Translations under genes and position numbers: made by a program | Assembly (NCBI GenBank): GCA_002705055.1 | Contig: PAHY01000054.1 | Location: 150 to 64,149, forward strand | DNA from: Planctomycetota bacterium | GTDB lineage: Bacteria; Planctomycetota; UBA1135 | Direction of reading: 5' to 3' | Length of the DNA stretch: 64,000 bases | Part shown: positions 26,704 through 35,353 of the stretch, piece by piece | Position numbering within the stretch: the first letter of the stretch is position 1 | Layout: every line of letters begins with the position of its first letter | The notes under the pieces: model-generated | What the model was told of the DNA's origin: nothing | The model's database searches: none | What the model saw: only the letters and a program-made list of their open reading frames with translations

Positions 26704-27585
26704 ATGCTGCGCCGCACCGTGGATCGCGTGGCGGCCGACGCCCGCGCGGCTTCGTTCCGCACCCGCTCGATCAAGAAGGACGCCAAGCTCCAGGGCTTGC
26801 GTCTGGTCGTCTCGATGACCGACCTGACCACGCTCGAGGGCAAGGACTCTCCGGGCAAGGTGCGCGGCCTGTGCCGCAAGGCCGTCGATCCGGCCCCCGG
26901 CATCGAAGGCGTTCCCTCGGTCGCCGCGGTCTGCGTCTATCCCAATCACGTCGCGCTTGCCAAGCAGGCAGTCGCGGGCAGCGGGGTGCAGGTGGCCAGC
27001 GTGGCGACGGCTTTCCCCAGCGGCCAGGCGCCGCTCGACCTGCGCCTGGAGGAAGTGCGCCGCGTCGTCGCCGACGGCACCGACGAAGTCGACATGGTGA
27101 TCTCGCGCGGCGCGTTGCTGGCCGGACGCACTCAGCAGGTCGCCGAAGAGATTCGTGCTACCAAGGAAGCCTGCGGAAGCGCGCACCTCAAGGTCATTCT
27201 CGAGACCGGCGAGCTCGAGACCTACGACCTCGTCCGTCGCGCCAGTGACCTGGCCATGGAAGCCGGCGCGGACTTCATCAAGACCTCGACCGGCAAGGTC
27301 GCGCCGGCGGCGACGATGGGGGTGACCCTGGTCATGCTGGAGGCGATCCGCGACCATCACCGCGCGACCGGTGTGCGCATCGGCATGAAGCCGGCCGGCG
27401 GGATCAAGAGCGCCAAGGAGGCGCTTCACTATCTGGTCATGGTCAAGGAGACCTTGGGCGATGCCTGGCTCAGCCCTTCTCTCTTCCGCTTCGGCGCGTC
27501 CTCCCTGCTGAACGACGTGCTGATTCAACTGCGGCGCCTCGACACCGGAGTCTACGCCGCGCATTACGACGTCTCGAAAGAATGA
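26704..27585 (+). CDS. deoC: deoxyribose-phosphate aldolase (long form)
   Basis: VAAVCVYP, EVDMVISRG, KVILETGEL, and ADFIKTSTGK with the Schiff-base Lys. Confidence 0.85.
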   Translation: MLRRTVDRVAADARAASFRTRSIKKDAKLQGLRLVVSMTDLTTLEGKDSPGKVRGLCRKAVDPAPGIEGVPSVAAVCVYPNHVALAKQAVAGSGVQVASVATAFPSGQAPLDLRLEEVRRVVADGTDEVDMVISRGALLAGRTQQVAEEIRATKEACGSAHLKVILETGELETYDLVRRASDLAMEAGADFIKTSTGKVAPAATMGVTLVMLEAIRDHHRATGVRIGMKPAGGIKSAKEALHYLVMVKETLGDAWLSPSLFRFGASSLLNDVLIQLRRLDTGVYAAHYDVSKE

Positions 27586-29051
27586 GCAGCTCCTCGACCA
27601 CTTGGGACTACGCGCCCGCGCCCGAATCGGCTCCCGCCGAGATCGCCGAGGCCTATGGCCTGTTTATCGATGGCGAGTTTATCGAGGCGCTCGACGGCGG
27701 CAGCATGGATTCGATCGAGCCGGGCACGGGTCAGCTGCTGACGCGTTTCGCCGTCGCCGGTCAGGCCGATGTCGACGCAGCCGTCGCCGCCGCCACGCGC
27801 GCGCAGCCGGCCTGGGCCGCGTTGCCCGCCCGCGAGCGCGGTAAGTATCTGTATCGCATCGCGCGGCGGCTCCAGGAGCGTGCCCGGGAGTTCGCGATCC
27901 TCGAGACGCGCGACGGCGGCAAGCCGATCAAGGAGTCGCGCGATGTCGACATTCCCGAGGCGGCCAAGCACTTCTTCTACTACGCCGGCTGGGCGGACAA
28001 GCTGGACTACGCCTTTCCGGGACGTCGGGCGCAGCCGGTCGGCGTCTGCGCGCAGATCATCCCCTGGAACTTCCCGCTGCTGATGGCGGCCTGGAAGCTG
28101 GCGCCCGCGCTGGCCTGCGGCAACACCGTCGTGCTGAAGCCCGCCGAGACCACGCCCCTGACCGCGCTGCGGCTGGCCGAGGTCTGTCAGGAGGTCGGGC
28201 TGCCGCAAGGCGTGGTCAACGTGCTGACCGGAGCGGGCGAAACTGGCGCCGCTCTGGCGGCTCACCCGGGGGTGCAGAAGCTGGCCTTCACCGGCAGCAC
28301 CGAGGTGGGCAAGAAGCTGGCCGAAGGCGTCGCGGGCAGCGGCAAGCGCCTCACCCTCGAACTGGGCGGCAAGTCTCCGCACATCATCTGCGAGGACGCC
28401 AGCCTCGATCAGGCCGTGGAAGGCATCGTCCAGGGGATTTTCTTCAACCAGGGCCATGTCTGCTGCGCGGGCTCGCGCCTGTTGGTGCAGGAGTCGGTGC
28501 AGGACGAGGTGGTCGAGAAGTTGGCCTGGCGGATGCAGCAGATTCGGGTCGGTGATCCGCTGGATAAGAACACCGATCTCGGCGCGATCAACTCGGCGGG
28601 ACAGCTCGAGACCATCCAGCGCTACCTGGCCCTCGGCCAGGAAGAGGGCGCGACGCTGCACGAGTCCGGCCAGTTCGGCACGCTGCCCGAAGGCGGCTAC
28701 TACCAGCGGCCGTGCTACTTCGAGAACGTGCAGCCGGCCCATTCGATCGCTCGCGAAGAGATCTTCGGCCCCGTCCTTTCGGTGATGAGCTTCCGCACTC
28801 CGGAAGAGGCGATCCAGCGCGCCAACGACACGCCGTACGGGCTGGCGGCCGGCATCTGGACCGACAAAGGCTCGAAGATGTTCGAGTTGGCATCGCGGGT
28901 GCGCGCCGGGGTGGTGTGGTGCAACACCTACAACCGCTTTGATGCGAGCTCGCCGTTTGGCGGTTATCAGCAGTCCGGCTTCGGGCGGGAAGGCGGACGC
29001 CATGGGCTGAAGCCCTATCTGAAACTCACCAGCTGGGGGGCCGAAGGATGA
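27582..29051 (+). CDS. NAD(P)-dependent aldehyde dehydrogenase
   Basis: IIPWNFPLLMAAWKLAPALACGN, FTGSTEVGK, ELGGKSP, catalytic GHVCCAGSR and EEIFGPV. ATGA overlap with deoC. Confidence 0.9.
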   Translation: MSSSSTTWDYAPAPESAPAEIAEAYGLFIDGEFIEALDGGSMDSIEPGTGQLLTRFAVAGQADVDAAVAAATRAQPAWAALPARERGKYLYRIARRLQERAREFAILETRDGGKPIKESRDVDIPEAAKHFFYYAGWADKLDYAFPGRRAQPVGVCAQIIPWNFPLLMAAWKLAPALACGNTVVLKPAETTPLTALRLAEVCQEVGLPQGVVNVLTGAGETGAALAAHPGVQKLAFTGSTEVGKKLAEGVAGSGKRLTLELGGKSPHIICEDASLDQAVEGIVQGIFFNQGHVCCAGSRLLVQESVQDEVVEKLAWRMQQIRVGDPLDKNTDLGAINSAGQLETIQRYLALGQEEGATLHESGQFGTLPEGGYYQRPCYFENVQPAHSIAREEIFGPVLSVMSFRTPEEAIQRANDTPYGLAAGIWTDKGSKMFELASRVRAGVVWCNTYNRFDASSPFGGYQQSGFGREGGRHGLKPYLKLTSWGAEG

Positions 29052-29923
29052 GCGAGCGACTTCCTGTTCTGAAGACCTACAAGCTCTACCTCGGCGGCGC
29101 CTTTCCGCGCACCGAGTCGGGGCGGAGCCAGGTGGTGGAGTCGGCGGGGCAGCCGGTGGCGCACCTCTGTCGCGCTTCGCGCAAAGACTTCCGCAACGCG
29201 GTGGTCGCCGCGCGCAAGGCTCTGTCTGGCTGGAGCGCGCGCAGCGCGTACAACCGCGGGCAGATCCTCTACCGCATGGCGGAGATGCTCGAGGGCAAGG
29301 CGACGGAGTTCGTCCAGGCTCTGGCGGCCACGGTGCCGGGCGGCGAAGAGCGCGCGCGCCGCGAGGTCGAGGCGGCGGTGGATCGCCTAGTTTCCTTCGC
29401 GGGCTGGGCGGACAAGTACGCCCAGGTGCTCGGTTGCCAGAACCCGGTCGAAGGTCCGTACCACAACTTCAGCCTGCCCGAGCCGACCGGCGTGGTCACG
29501 ATCGTGGCGCCGGATGAGCCGGCGCTGCTGGGGCTGATCGGTCAGCTGGCTCCGGTGCTCTGTTCCGGCAACGTCGCCGTCGTCCTGGGCAGCGAGGCGC
29601 ACCCGCTGGCGACCGCCATCCTCGGCGAAGTCTGCGCGACCTCCGATGTTCCCGCCGGGGTCGTCAACCTCCTGACCGGCTTCCGTGAGGAGCTGCTCGA
29701 GCAGTTCGCGGCGCATCGCGACGTCGACGCCATCTCGGCCGCCGGAGTGAGCGCCGAGGAGCGTCGCACCCTTGAGCTCGGCGCAGCCGAAAACCTGAAG
29801 CGCGTTCACGTGCTGGAGGTCGCCGCGGCAGAGGACTGGTTTGAGGAAGCGCGCTTCGCCTCGCCGGAGCTGATCGAGTCCTTCGTCGAGATCAAGACGC
29901 TCTGGCATCCCTCCGCCAGCTAG
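29048..29923 (+). CDS. truncated aldehyde-dehydrogenase-like protein lacking the catalytic Cys region
   Basis: 291 aa that aligns by eye to the ALDH N-terminal/cofactor half (YKLYLGGAF..., IVAPDEPALLGLIGQLAPVLCSGN). It ends about 50 aa after a degenerate ELG motif (TLELGAAEN), with no Cys following. ATGA-coupled to the full-length ALDH. Confidence 0.7.
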   Translation: MSERLPVLKTYKLYLGGAFPRTESGRSQVVESAGQPVAHLCRASRKDFRNAVVAARKALSGWSARSAYNRGQILYRMAEMLEGKATEFVQALAATVPGGEERARREVEAAVDRLVSFAGWADKYAQVLGCQNPVEGPYHNFSLPEPTGVVTIVAPDEPALLGLIGQLAPVLCSGNVAVVLGSEAHPLATAILGEVCATSDVPAGVVNLLTGFREELLEQFAAHRDVDAISAAGVSAEERRTLELGAAENLKRVHVLEVAAAEDWFEEARFASPELIESFVEIKTLWHPSAS

Positions 29924-29925
29924 CC

Positions 29926-30540
29926 ATGAAGCTCTACGGCAATCACCTTTCGGGCAACTGCTACAAGCCCTGGGCGATGGCCCAACTGCGCGGGTTGCCG
30001 CTGGAGTACGAAGAGGTCGACATCCTGCAGGGCCAGGCCAAGACGCCGGCGTTCCGGGAGCGAAACCTGGACGGGCGGGTGCCGGTGCTCGAACTCGAGG
30101 ATGGCCGTTGCCTGCCAGAATCGAACGCGATCCTCTGCTACTTGGCCGAAGGGTCGGAGTACCTGCCGACCGAGGGCTTCGCCCGCGCCGAGGTGCTGCG
30201 CTGGCTGTTCTTTGAACAGAACGGGCACGAGCCCTTCGTGGCCAGCTCGCGCTTCCTCCTGCACCTGTCGGGTCAGGCCGAAGCCCACACGGCCCGCATC
30301 GAGCTGCTTCGCCCGCGGGGCCTCGAGGCCTTGCAGGTGCTGGAGCAACGCCTGAGCCGCGCGGATTGGCTGGCGGGCGAGGGCTTCTCGGTCGCCGACC
30401 TCGCCCTCTATCCCTACACCTCGGTCGCAGATGAAGGCGGATTCTCACTGGCCGAGCTGCCCGCAGTGCGCGCCTGGATCGAGCGCGTCGAGGCCGTCCC
30501 TGGGCTGCCGCCATTTTCGCGCTTCCTGAGCGGAACCTAA
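29926..30540 (+). CDS. glutathione S-transferase
   Basis: MKLYGNHLSGNCYK..., RVPVLELEDGRCLPESNAILCYLA, and a C-terminal helical domain with SVADLALYPY. Confidence 0.85.
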   Translation: MKLYGNHLSGNCYKPWAMAQLRGLPLEYEEVDILQGQAKTPAFRERNLDGRVPVLELEDGRCLPESNAILCYLAEGSEYLPTEGFARAEVLRWLFFEQNGHEPFVASSRFLLHLSGQAEAHTARIELLRPRGLEALQVLEQRLSRADWLAGEGFSVADLALYPYTSVADEGGFSLAELPAVRAWIERVEAVPGLPPFSRFLSGT

Positions 30541-30566
30541 GCGGCGGACCTAGGTTTGGAGGGATC

Positions 30567-31634
30567 ATGCTGTCCCTCCTTCTTCTCTCCCTCCCCGCGG
30601 TGGTCCAGGAGCCTGCGCCCGCCGCCGAGGCTCCGGCTCAGGCCGCTGCCGAATCGGAAGCCATGGCCAAGCTGCGCGAGCGCGTCGATGGCCTGGCCGG
30701 CGCCAAGTCCTATGCCTTCCGGGTGCTCAACACCTCGGAGAGCAGTGGCATGGGCGGCGGTCGCGGTGGATTCGGCGGCCGCGGTGGCCAGCAAGGCAAC
30801 ACCGATCGTCCGCAGCGTGGCCAGGGCCAAGGGCAGGGCAACACCGATCGTCCGCAGCGCGGCCAGGGCCAAGGGCAGGGGGGCGGCGACCGTCCGCAGC
30901 GCGGAGAAGGGCAGGGCCAGGGGGGCGCCGAGCGCCCGGCCCAGGACGCCGCTCCGGCTGCCCAGGAGCCCGAGGCTCCGCAGCCCTGGGAAGGCATCTA
31001 TCAGGCTGGAAAGCCGATCATGATGAAGCGCGGCGATCTCCACGTCGCCCGCAATGATCAGGGCCGCATGGCGATGAAGTCGGGCGAAGGTGCCTGGGCT
31101 GTCGCGGCGATGCCGGGGCGTGGCCAGGGTGGCCGCGGTCAGGGCGGCGCGCGCGGCGGCGCCGGCATGGATCGCAATCAGATGCGTGCCATGTTTGAAG
31201 CGCGCGGCGTGCAGCTGCCGCACCAGACCCTCGCGGCTCTGCTCGAGAGCATCGACGGTGAGAAACTCGTCCGCGAAGAGAAGCTCGGCGGCATCATCGT
31301 CTTCCACGGTCCGCTGACCGAGGAAGGCGCCATGCGCATGGCCATGGGAGGCCGCAGCATGGGCCGCGGCTTCGGCGGCCGCGGTGGCGATCAGGGCGAA
31401 GACGGCCCGCAGATGCTCAGCAAGGGCACGGCGCGGATTGCCTTCGGGCCCAAGGGCGAAGTCGTCGACATCCTGGTCGAAGCCGAGATGATGGGCACCT
31501 TCGGGGAGCGCGAGTTCACCCGATCGAGCCGCAACGAGATCCGCGCCCACAAGATTGGGGCCGCAGAAGCCGAAATCCCGGCCGCGGCGACCCGTGCACT
31601 GGCGCAGGACCCGGCGCTCGAGGAAGAGTTCTAG
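30567..31634 (+). CDS. secreted Gly/Arg/Gln-rich repeat protein of unknown function
   Basis: Signal-like N-terminus and a GGAGGG SD. GNTDRPQRGQGQGQ repeats and three RGG-like blocks. Confidence 0.65.
   Translation: MLSLLLLSLPAVVQEPAPAAEAPAQAAAESEAMAKLRERVDGLAGAKSYAFRVLNTSESSGMGGGRGGFGGRGGQQGNTDRPQRGQGQGQGNTDRPQRGQGQGQGGGDRPQRGEGQGQGGAERPAQDAAPAAQEPEAPQPWEGIYQAGKPIMMKRGDLHVARNDQGRMAMKSGEGAWAVAAMPGRGQGGRGQGGARGGAGMDRNQMRAMFEARGVQLPHQTLAALLESIDGEKLVREEKLGGIIVFHGPLTEEGAMRMAMGGRSMGRGFGGRGGDQGEDGPQMLSKGTARIAFGPKGEVVDILVEAEMMGTFGEREFTRSSRNEIRAHKIGAAEAEIPAAATRALAQDPALEEEF
30795..30920 (+). repeat. in-frame 42-bp tandem repeat (about 3 copies, third degenerate)
   Basis: GGCAACACCGATCGTCCGCAGCG(T/C)GGCCAGGGCCAAGGGCAG starts at 30795 and again at 30837. 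A degenerate copy starts at 30879. Confidence 0.85.
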
Positions 31635-31659
31635 ACCCAAGCTCACGGTTTGACGCTCG

Positions 31660-31699
31660 GCAGGCGGCCTCTCAAGATGGGGCCGCCTGCTCCTTTTTT
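31660..31699 (+). terminator. intrinsic terminator
   Basis: A 10-bp stem GCAGGCGGCC / GGCCGCCTGC (31660-31669 / 31681-31690) followed by TCCTTTTTT. Confidence 0.8.
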
Positions 31700-31716
31700 G
31701 CACGGGGCCGCGCCTG

Positions 31717-32724
31717 ATGAGTTTGCAGACTTCCCCTGACCCCTCCGACGCCTCGGCGACCCCATCTTCTGAGTTCGGCACGCGCGTGCGCGCCCACGTC
31801 GCCCGCACCGTGGTGGGGCAGGAAGAGGTGGTGGAACGCGTGCTGATCGCGCTGCTCACCGGCGGCCACCTGCTGCTCGAGGGCGTCCCCGGGATCGCCA
31901 AGACGCTGCTGGTCAGTTCGGTGGCGAGCGCGATCGATCTTGATCACGGCCGGATTCAGTTCACCATCGACCTGCTGCCTTCGGACATCCTGGGCTCGGA
32001 GATCCTCGATCCGACGCAGAACGAGTTCCGGATTCACCAGGGACCGATCTTCACCAACCTGCTGCTCGCCGACGAGATCAACCGCGCCTCGCCCAAGGTG
32101 CAGTCGGCACTGCTGGAGGCCATGCAGGAGCGGCACGTCACGATCGGCGAGAAGACCTTTTCGCTGCCGACGCCTTTCCTGGTGATCGCGACCCAGAACC
32201 CGGTCGAGCAGGCGGGCACCTTCGAACTGCCGGAAGCGCAGCTGGACCGCTTCATGCTGCGGCATCGGCTGAGCTACCCGAAGCAGGAGGACGAACTCGA
32301 GGTGCTGCATCGGGTGATCGGCCTGGGCCTGAAGAAGGAAGGCGACGGGGCCGTGCCGATGACCTCCTTCGACGCGATCGCCAAGGACTCGCCGCTGCAT
32401 AAGTCGGACCTCACCGCCGCCATGGCCGCGGTGCAGGAGGTGCACGTCTCGGAGGTCTTCCTGCGCCACTGCGTCGAGCTGGTCAACCTCACCCGCAACA
32501 GCCCCGAGATCGAACTCGGCGGTTCGCCCCGCGCCAGCATCGCGCTGGTCCAGGCTTCCCGGGCGCGCGCCTGGCTGCACGGCCGGGACTACGTCGTGCC
32601 GGAAGACCTCTTCGTCCTGGCCGAGGACGTGCTGCTGCACCGCATGCGGCTCACCTACGAGGCGCTCGCTCAGGGCCGCACCGACGAGGAAGTCCTGCAG
32701 GAACTGCTCACCCGCCTTGCCTAG
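31717..32724 (+). CDS. moxR: MoxR-family AAA+ ATPase
   Basis: LLEGVPGIAKT (Walker A), LLADEINRASPKVQSALLEAMQE (Walker B / sensor), IATQNP. Confidence 0.95.
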   Translation: MSLQTSPDPSDASATPSSEFGTRVRAHVARTVVGQEEVVERVLIALLTGGHLLLEGVPGIAKTLLVSSVASAIDLDHGRIQFTIDLLPSDILGSEILDPTQNEFRIHQGPIFTNLLLADEINRASPKVQSALLEAMQERHVTIGEKTFSLPTPFLVIATQNPVEQAGTFELPEAQLDRFMLRHRLSYPKQEDELEVLHRVIGLGLKKEGDGAVPMTSFDAIAKDSPLHKSDLTAAMAAVQEVHVSEVFLRHCVELVNLTRNSPEIELGGSPRASIALVQASRARAWLHGRDYVVPEDLFVLAEDVLLHRMRLTYEALAQGRTDEEVLQELLTRLA

Positions 32725-32727
32725 GCC

Positions 32728-33606
32728 ATGAATTTTCTGGCCGATGCCGAAAACGGGCTGGACCGCCCGGAGGAACTGTCGGAACGGCAGTTCGAGCTGG
32801 TCGTCCGTCGGCTCGCCGATGACCTCGCCTACGGCGCCGACGCCTCGCGCTTCGTCGGTTCCGGGATCGAGTACGCCCAGACTCGGCCGTACGTGCCTGG
32901 CGATCCGGTGCGGCAGCTGGATTGGCGGGTCAGCGCCCGGACCGGGAAGCCACACATCAAGGAATACGAAGCCATGAAGCGGATCCCCACCTGGATGGTG
33001 GTGGATACCTCTGAGTCGATGTGGGTCAGTTCGACGCCGCTTTCCAAGCACGGACTCGCCGTGTGGCTGGCCGCAGCGCTCGGTCTCGTGGCCCTGCGCC
33101 GGCTGAGCCCGGTCGCGGTCGTCAGCGGCGGCGATCGACCTGGGCGCGCGCAGCCCAGCCTGCTGCGCGGGCGGCTGTGGGGCGGCCTGGATGCGATGCG
33201 CACGCGTCAAGCCCCGGAGCCCACGCGCATCGCTGAAGTGGTGCAGGATCTGGCGCTGCGTTCGGCGCGGCGCGGCCTCTTCGTGGTGCTCTCGGATCTG
33301 CACGCGCCCGACGTGCTGCACGCGCTCAAGCTGACCGCGCAGCGCCACGATGTCGTCGTGCTGCAGCCGATCGATCCCGCCGAAGTCGAGGGCTCGCCGG
33401 GCGGCTTCCAGCGCGCCGCCGAAGCCGAGACCGGCGCGGCCTTCCTGGCCTCCGGTCGCCGCGGCTGGCTGAATGGGGAGCAGGGCTTCGGCCCCGAACT
33501 CGCCGGAGCCGGGGTGGATCACATCGCGCTGCGGACGGATCAGGATTGCGTCACTCCGCTGCAGCGCTTCCTCGCCTTGCGAGGCCAGTCCGGAGGCATG
33601 GTATGA
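32728..33606 (+). CDS. DUF58 protein (vWA-like)
   Basis: GSGIEYAQTRPYVPGDPVRQLDWRVSARTGKPHIKEYE is the DUF58 hallmark. It is followed by VVDTSESM. Confidence 0.85.
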   Translation: MNFLADAENGLDRPEELSERQFELVVRRLADDLAYGADASRFVGSGIEYAQTRPYVPGDPVRQLDWRVSARTGKPHIKEYEAMKRIPTWMVVDTSESMWVSSTPLSKHGLAVWLAAALGLVALRRLSPVAVVSGGDRPGRAQPSLLRGRLWGGLDAMRTRQAPEPTRIAEVVQDLALRSARRGLFVVLSDLHAPDVLHALKLTAQRHDVVVLQPIDPAEVEGSPGGFQRAAEAETGAAFLASGRRGWLNGEQGFGPELAGAGVDHIALRTDQDCVTPLQRFLALRGQSGGMV

Positions 33607-34433
33607 GCCTGTTCGGTCGCATCCTGATGGTGATCCTGATCCTCGCTGGCGCGGCCGCCGCGCAGGAGGAAGTGCAGACCCGCACCACGATCGGCATCGA
33701 GGGTCGGGTCTACCTCGAGCACGAGGGGCGGCCGCTGCAGGCGGTCGAAGCGCGCGAGGATGCGCTGCTGCTGCTGCGGATCGGCGAGGTCGAGGACTTG
33801 GGCGACAACCGCCAGCGGGTCGAGCTGCTGTTCCTGGCCCGCCGTGCCGGCGACTTCGACCTGCGCGATGCGCTGCAGTTCGGGCCGGAGCAACCGGTCG
33901 GCGATGCCCTCGAGCCCATTCTGGTGCGCGTCGATTCGCTGCTTCCGGAGGATCACCAGGGCGACCTCGAAGCGATCCCGGATCTGGAAGGACCGGGCGC
34001 GGGAGGCTTCGACACGATCTTCCGCGTGGTCCTGGTGCTCTGGCTGATTCCGGCGCTGGCCTGGGCCTTGTGGAAATGGCGCACGCGCCCGCGTCCCGAG
34101 CCGGTGGTGGTGGAGCACGTGCCCACGCTGGCCGAGCGCTTGCAGCCGCTGATTGATGCGGCGCGGCAGGGCGAGCTGGATCTGGCCGGTCAGGCACAGC
34201 TTGAACGTCTGCTCTTGAGTTATTGGCGGGAGCGGCTAGGCCTGGAAGGGCAGCCGCAGGCTGCGGCGGTGCGCACGATGCGCGCGCACGAGGAGGCCGG
34301 CGAGCTGCTGCGCACGGTCGAAGCCTGGCTGCACCGCCCGGACAGCGAGCGGGCCTCGCCGGAAGAGGTCGACGCGCTCCTGAAGCGCTACCGCAGCGTC
34401 GCGGCGCCGCCGACGGAGGATCGCGGCCCATGA
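33603..34433 (+). CDS. bitopic membrane protein (DUF4381-like position in Bat-type operons)
   Basis: Start moved to ATG 33603 (ATGA overlap). Signal peptide MSLFGRILMVILILAGAAAAQ, a ~130-aa exported domain, a TM helix (VVLVLWLIPALAWALW) and a ~95-aa cytoplasmic tail. Confidence 0.6.
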   Translation: MSLFGRILMVILILAGAAAAQEEVQTRTTIGIEGRVYLEHEGRPLQAVEAREDALLLLRIGEVEDLGDNRQRVELLFLARRAGDFDLRDALQFGPEQPVGDALEPILVRVDSLLPEDHQGDLEAIPDLEGPGAGGFDTIFRVVLVLWLIPALAWALWKWRTRPRPEPVVVEHVPTLAERLQPLIDAARQGELDLAGQAQLERLLLSYWRERLGLEGQPQAAAVRTMRAHEEAGELLRTVEAWLHRPDSERASPEEVDALLKRYRSVAAPPTEDRGP

Positions 34434-35353
34434 TGTTCGCGCACAGCTGGGTGCTGCTCTTTCTGGCGGCGCCGATGGTGCTGCTGCTGTGGGAGTGGGG
34501 CTGGCGTCGCGATCGCATCGCCTTTCCGATCGATCACGCCCGACATCGCAAGCGCACGCTGCTGAGCCCGACGCTGCGCCTGGCGGCGGGGCTGCCCGCG
34601 CTGCTGCTTGCCAATGCGATCCTGCTGCTTGCCGGCCCGCAGCGCCTGGACGATCCGCGCAACGTGCGCGAGTTGACCAACATTGAGATCTGCCTCGACG
34701 TCTCGGGTTCGATGGGCTGGCCGATCTCCACCGGGGCCAATCAGGTGCGCTACGAAGTGGCGATGGATGCCATCGGCCGCTTCACCGAAGCCCGCCAGGG
34801 CGACGCCTGCGGGCTGACCATCTTCGGCGGCGAGACGGTGCGCTGGACCCCGCTCACGAAGGATCTGGACGCGATCCATCTCGCCACGCCATTCCTGGAT
34901 CCGGAGAACCAGCCGATTCACATGCGCTCCACCCGGATCGGCGGCGCGCTGCGCGCCTGTCTGGCCACGCTTTCCCAACAGGAGGAGGGCGACCGGATGA
35001 TCGTGCTGGTCTCGGACGGCCAGAGCCAGGACCTGGGCGGCGGCGAGGCCGGTCGGATCGGCGGCGAGCTGCGCGACGCCGAGATCACGCTGTTCGCGAT
35101 TCACATCGGCGATGGCGAGGCGCCGGCGCAGCTTTCGGAGGTGGTCGGACCCACCGGCGGCGGCGTCTTCGCCGCCCACGACCGCCAGGCGCTGCAGCGC
35201 GTCTTCGACGAGATCGACGGGATGCAGAAGGCGAAGCTGAAGCCAGCCTCGCCGAAGCCGATCGACTGGTATGCCCCCTTCGCGCTGGCAGGCTTCGTGC
35301 TGCTGGGGCTGCACCTGCTCGCGCAGTTTGGGCTGCGTTACACGCCATGGTGA
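34430..35353 (+). CDS. BatA-like VWA-domain membrane protein
   Basis: Start moved to ATG 34430 (ATGA overlap). N-terminal TM pair, MIDAS CLDVSGSM, and a C-terminal TM (FALAGFVLLGLHLL). Confidence 0.8.
   Translation: MMFAHSWVLLFLAAPMVLLLWEWGWRRDRIAFPIDHARHRKRTLLSPTLRLAAGLPALLLANAILLLAGPQRLDDPRNVRELTNIEICLDVSGSMGWPISTGANQVRYEVAMDAIGRFTEARQGDACGLTIFGGETVRWTPLTKDLDAIHLATPFLDPENQPIHMRSTRIGGALRACLATLSQQEEGDRMIVLVSDGQSQDLGGGEAGRIGGELRDAEITLFAIHIGDGEAPAQLSEVVGPTGGGVFAAHDRQALQRVFDEIDGMQKAKLKPASPKPIDWYAPFALAGFVLLGLHLLAQFGLRYTPW

Noticed and set aside
31672-34518. 948-aa minus-strand ORF
   Set aside because: It is antisense to moxR, DUF58 and the following genes, whose Walker and DUF58 motifs are unambiguous. 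The product is Pro/Arg/Ala-rich.
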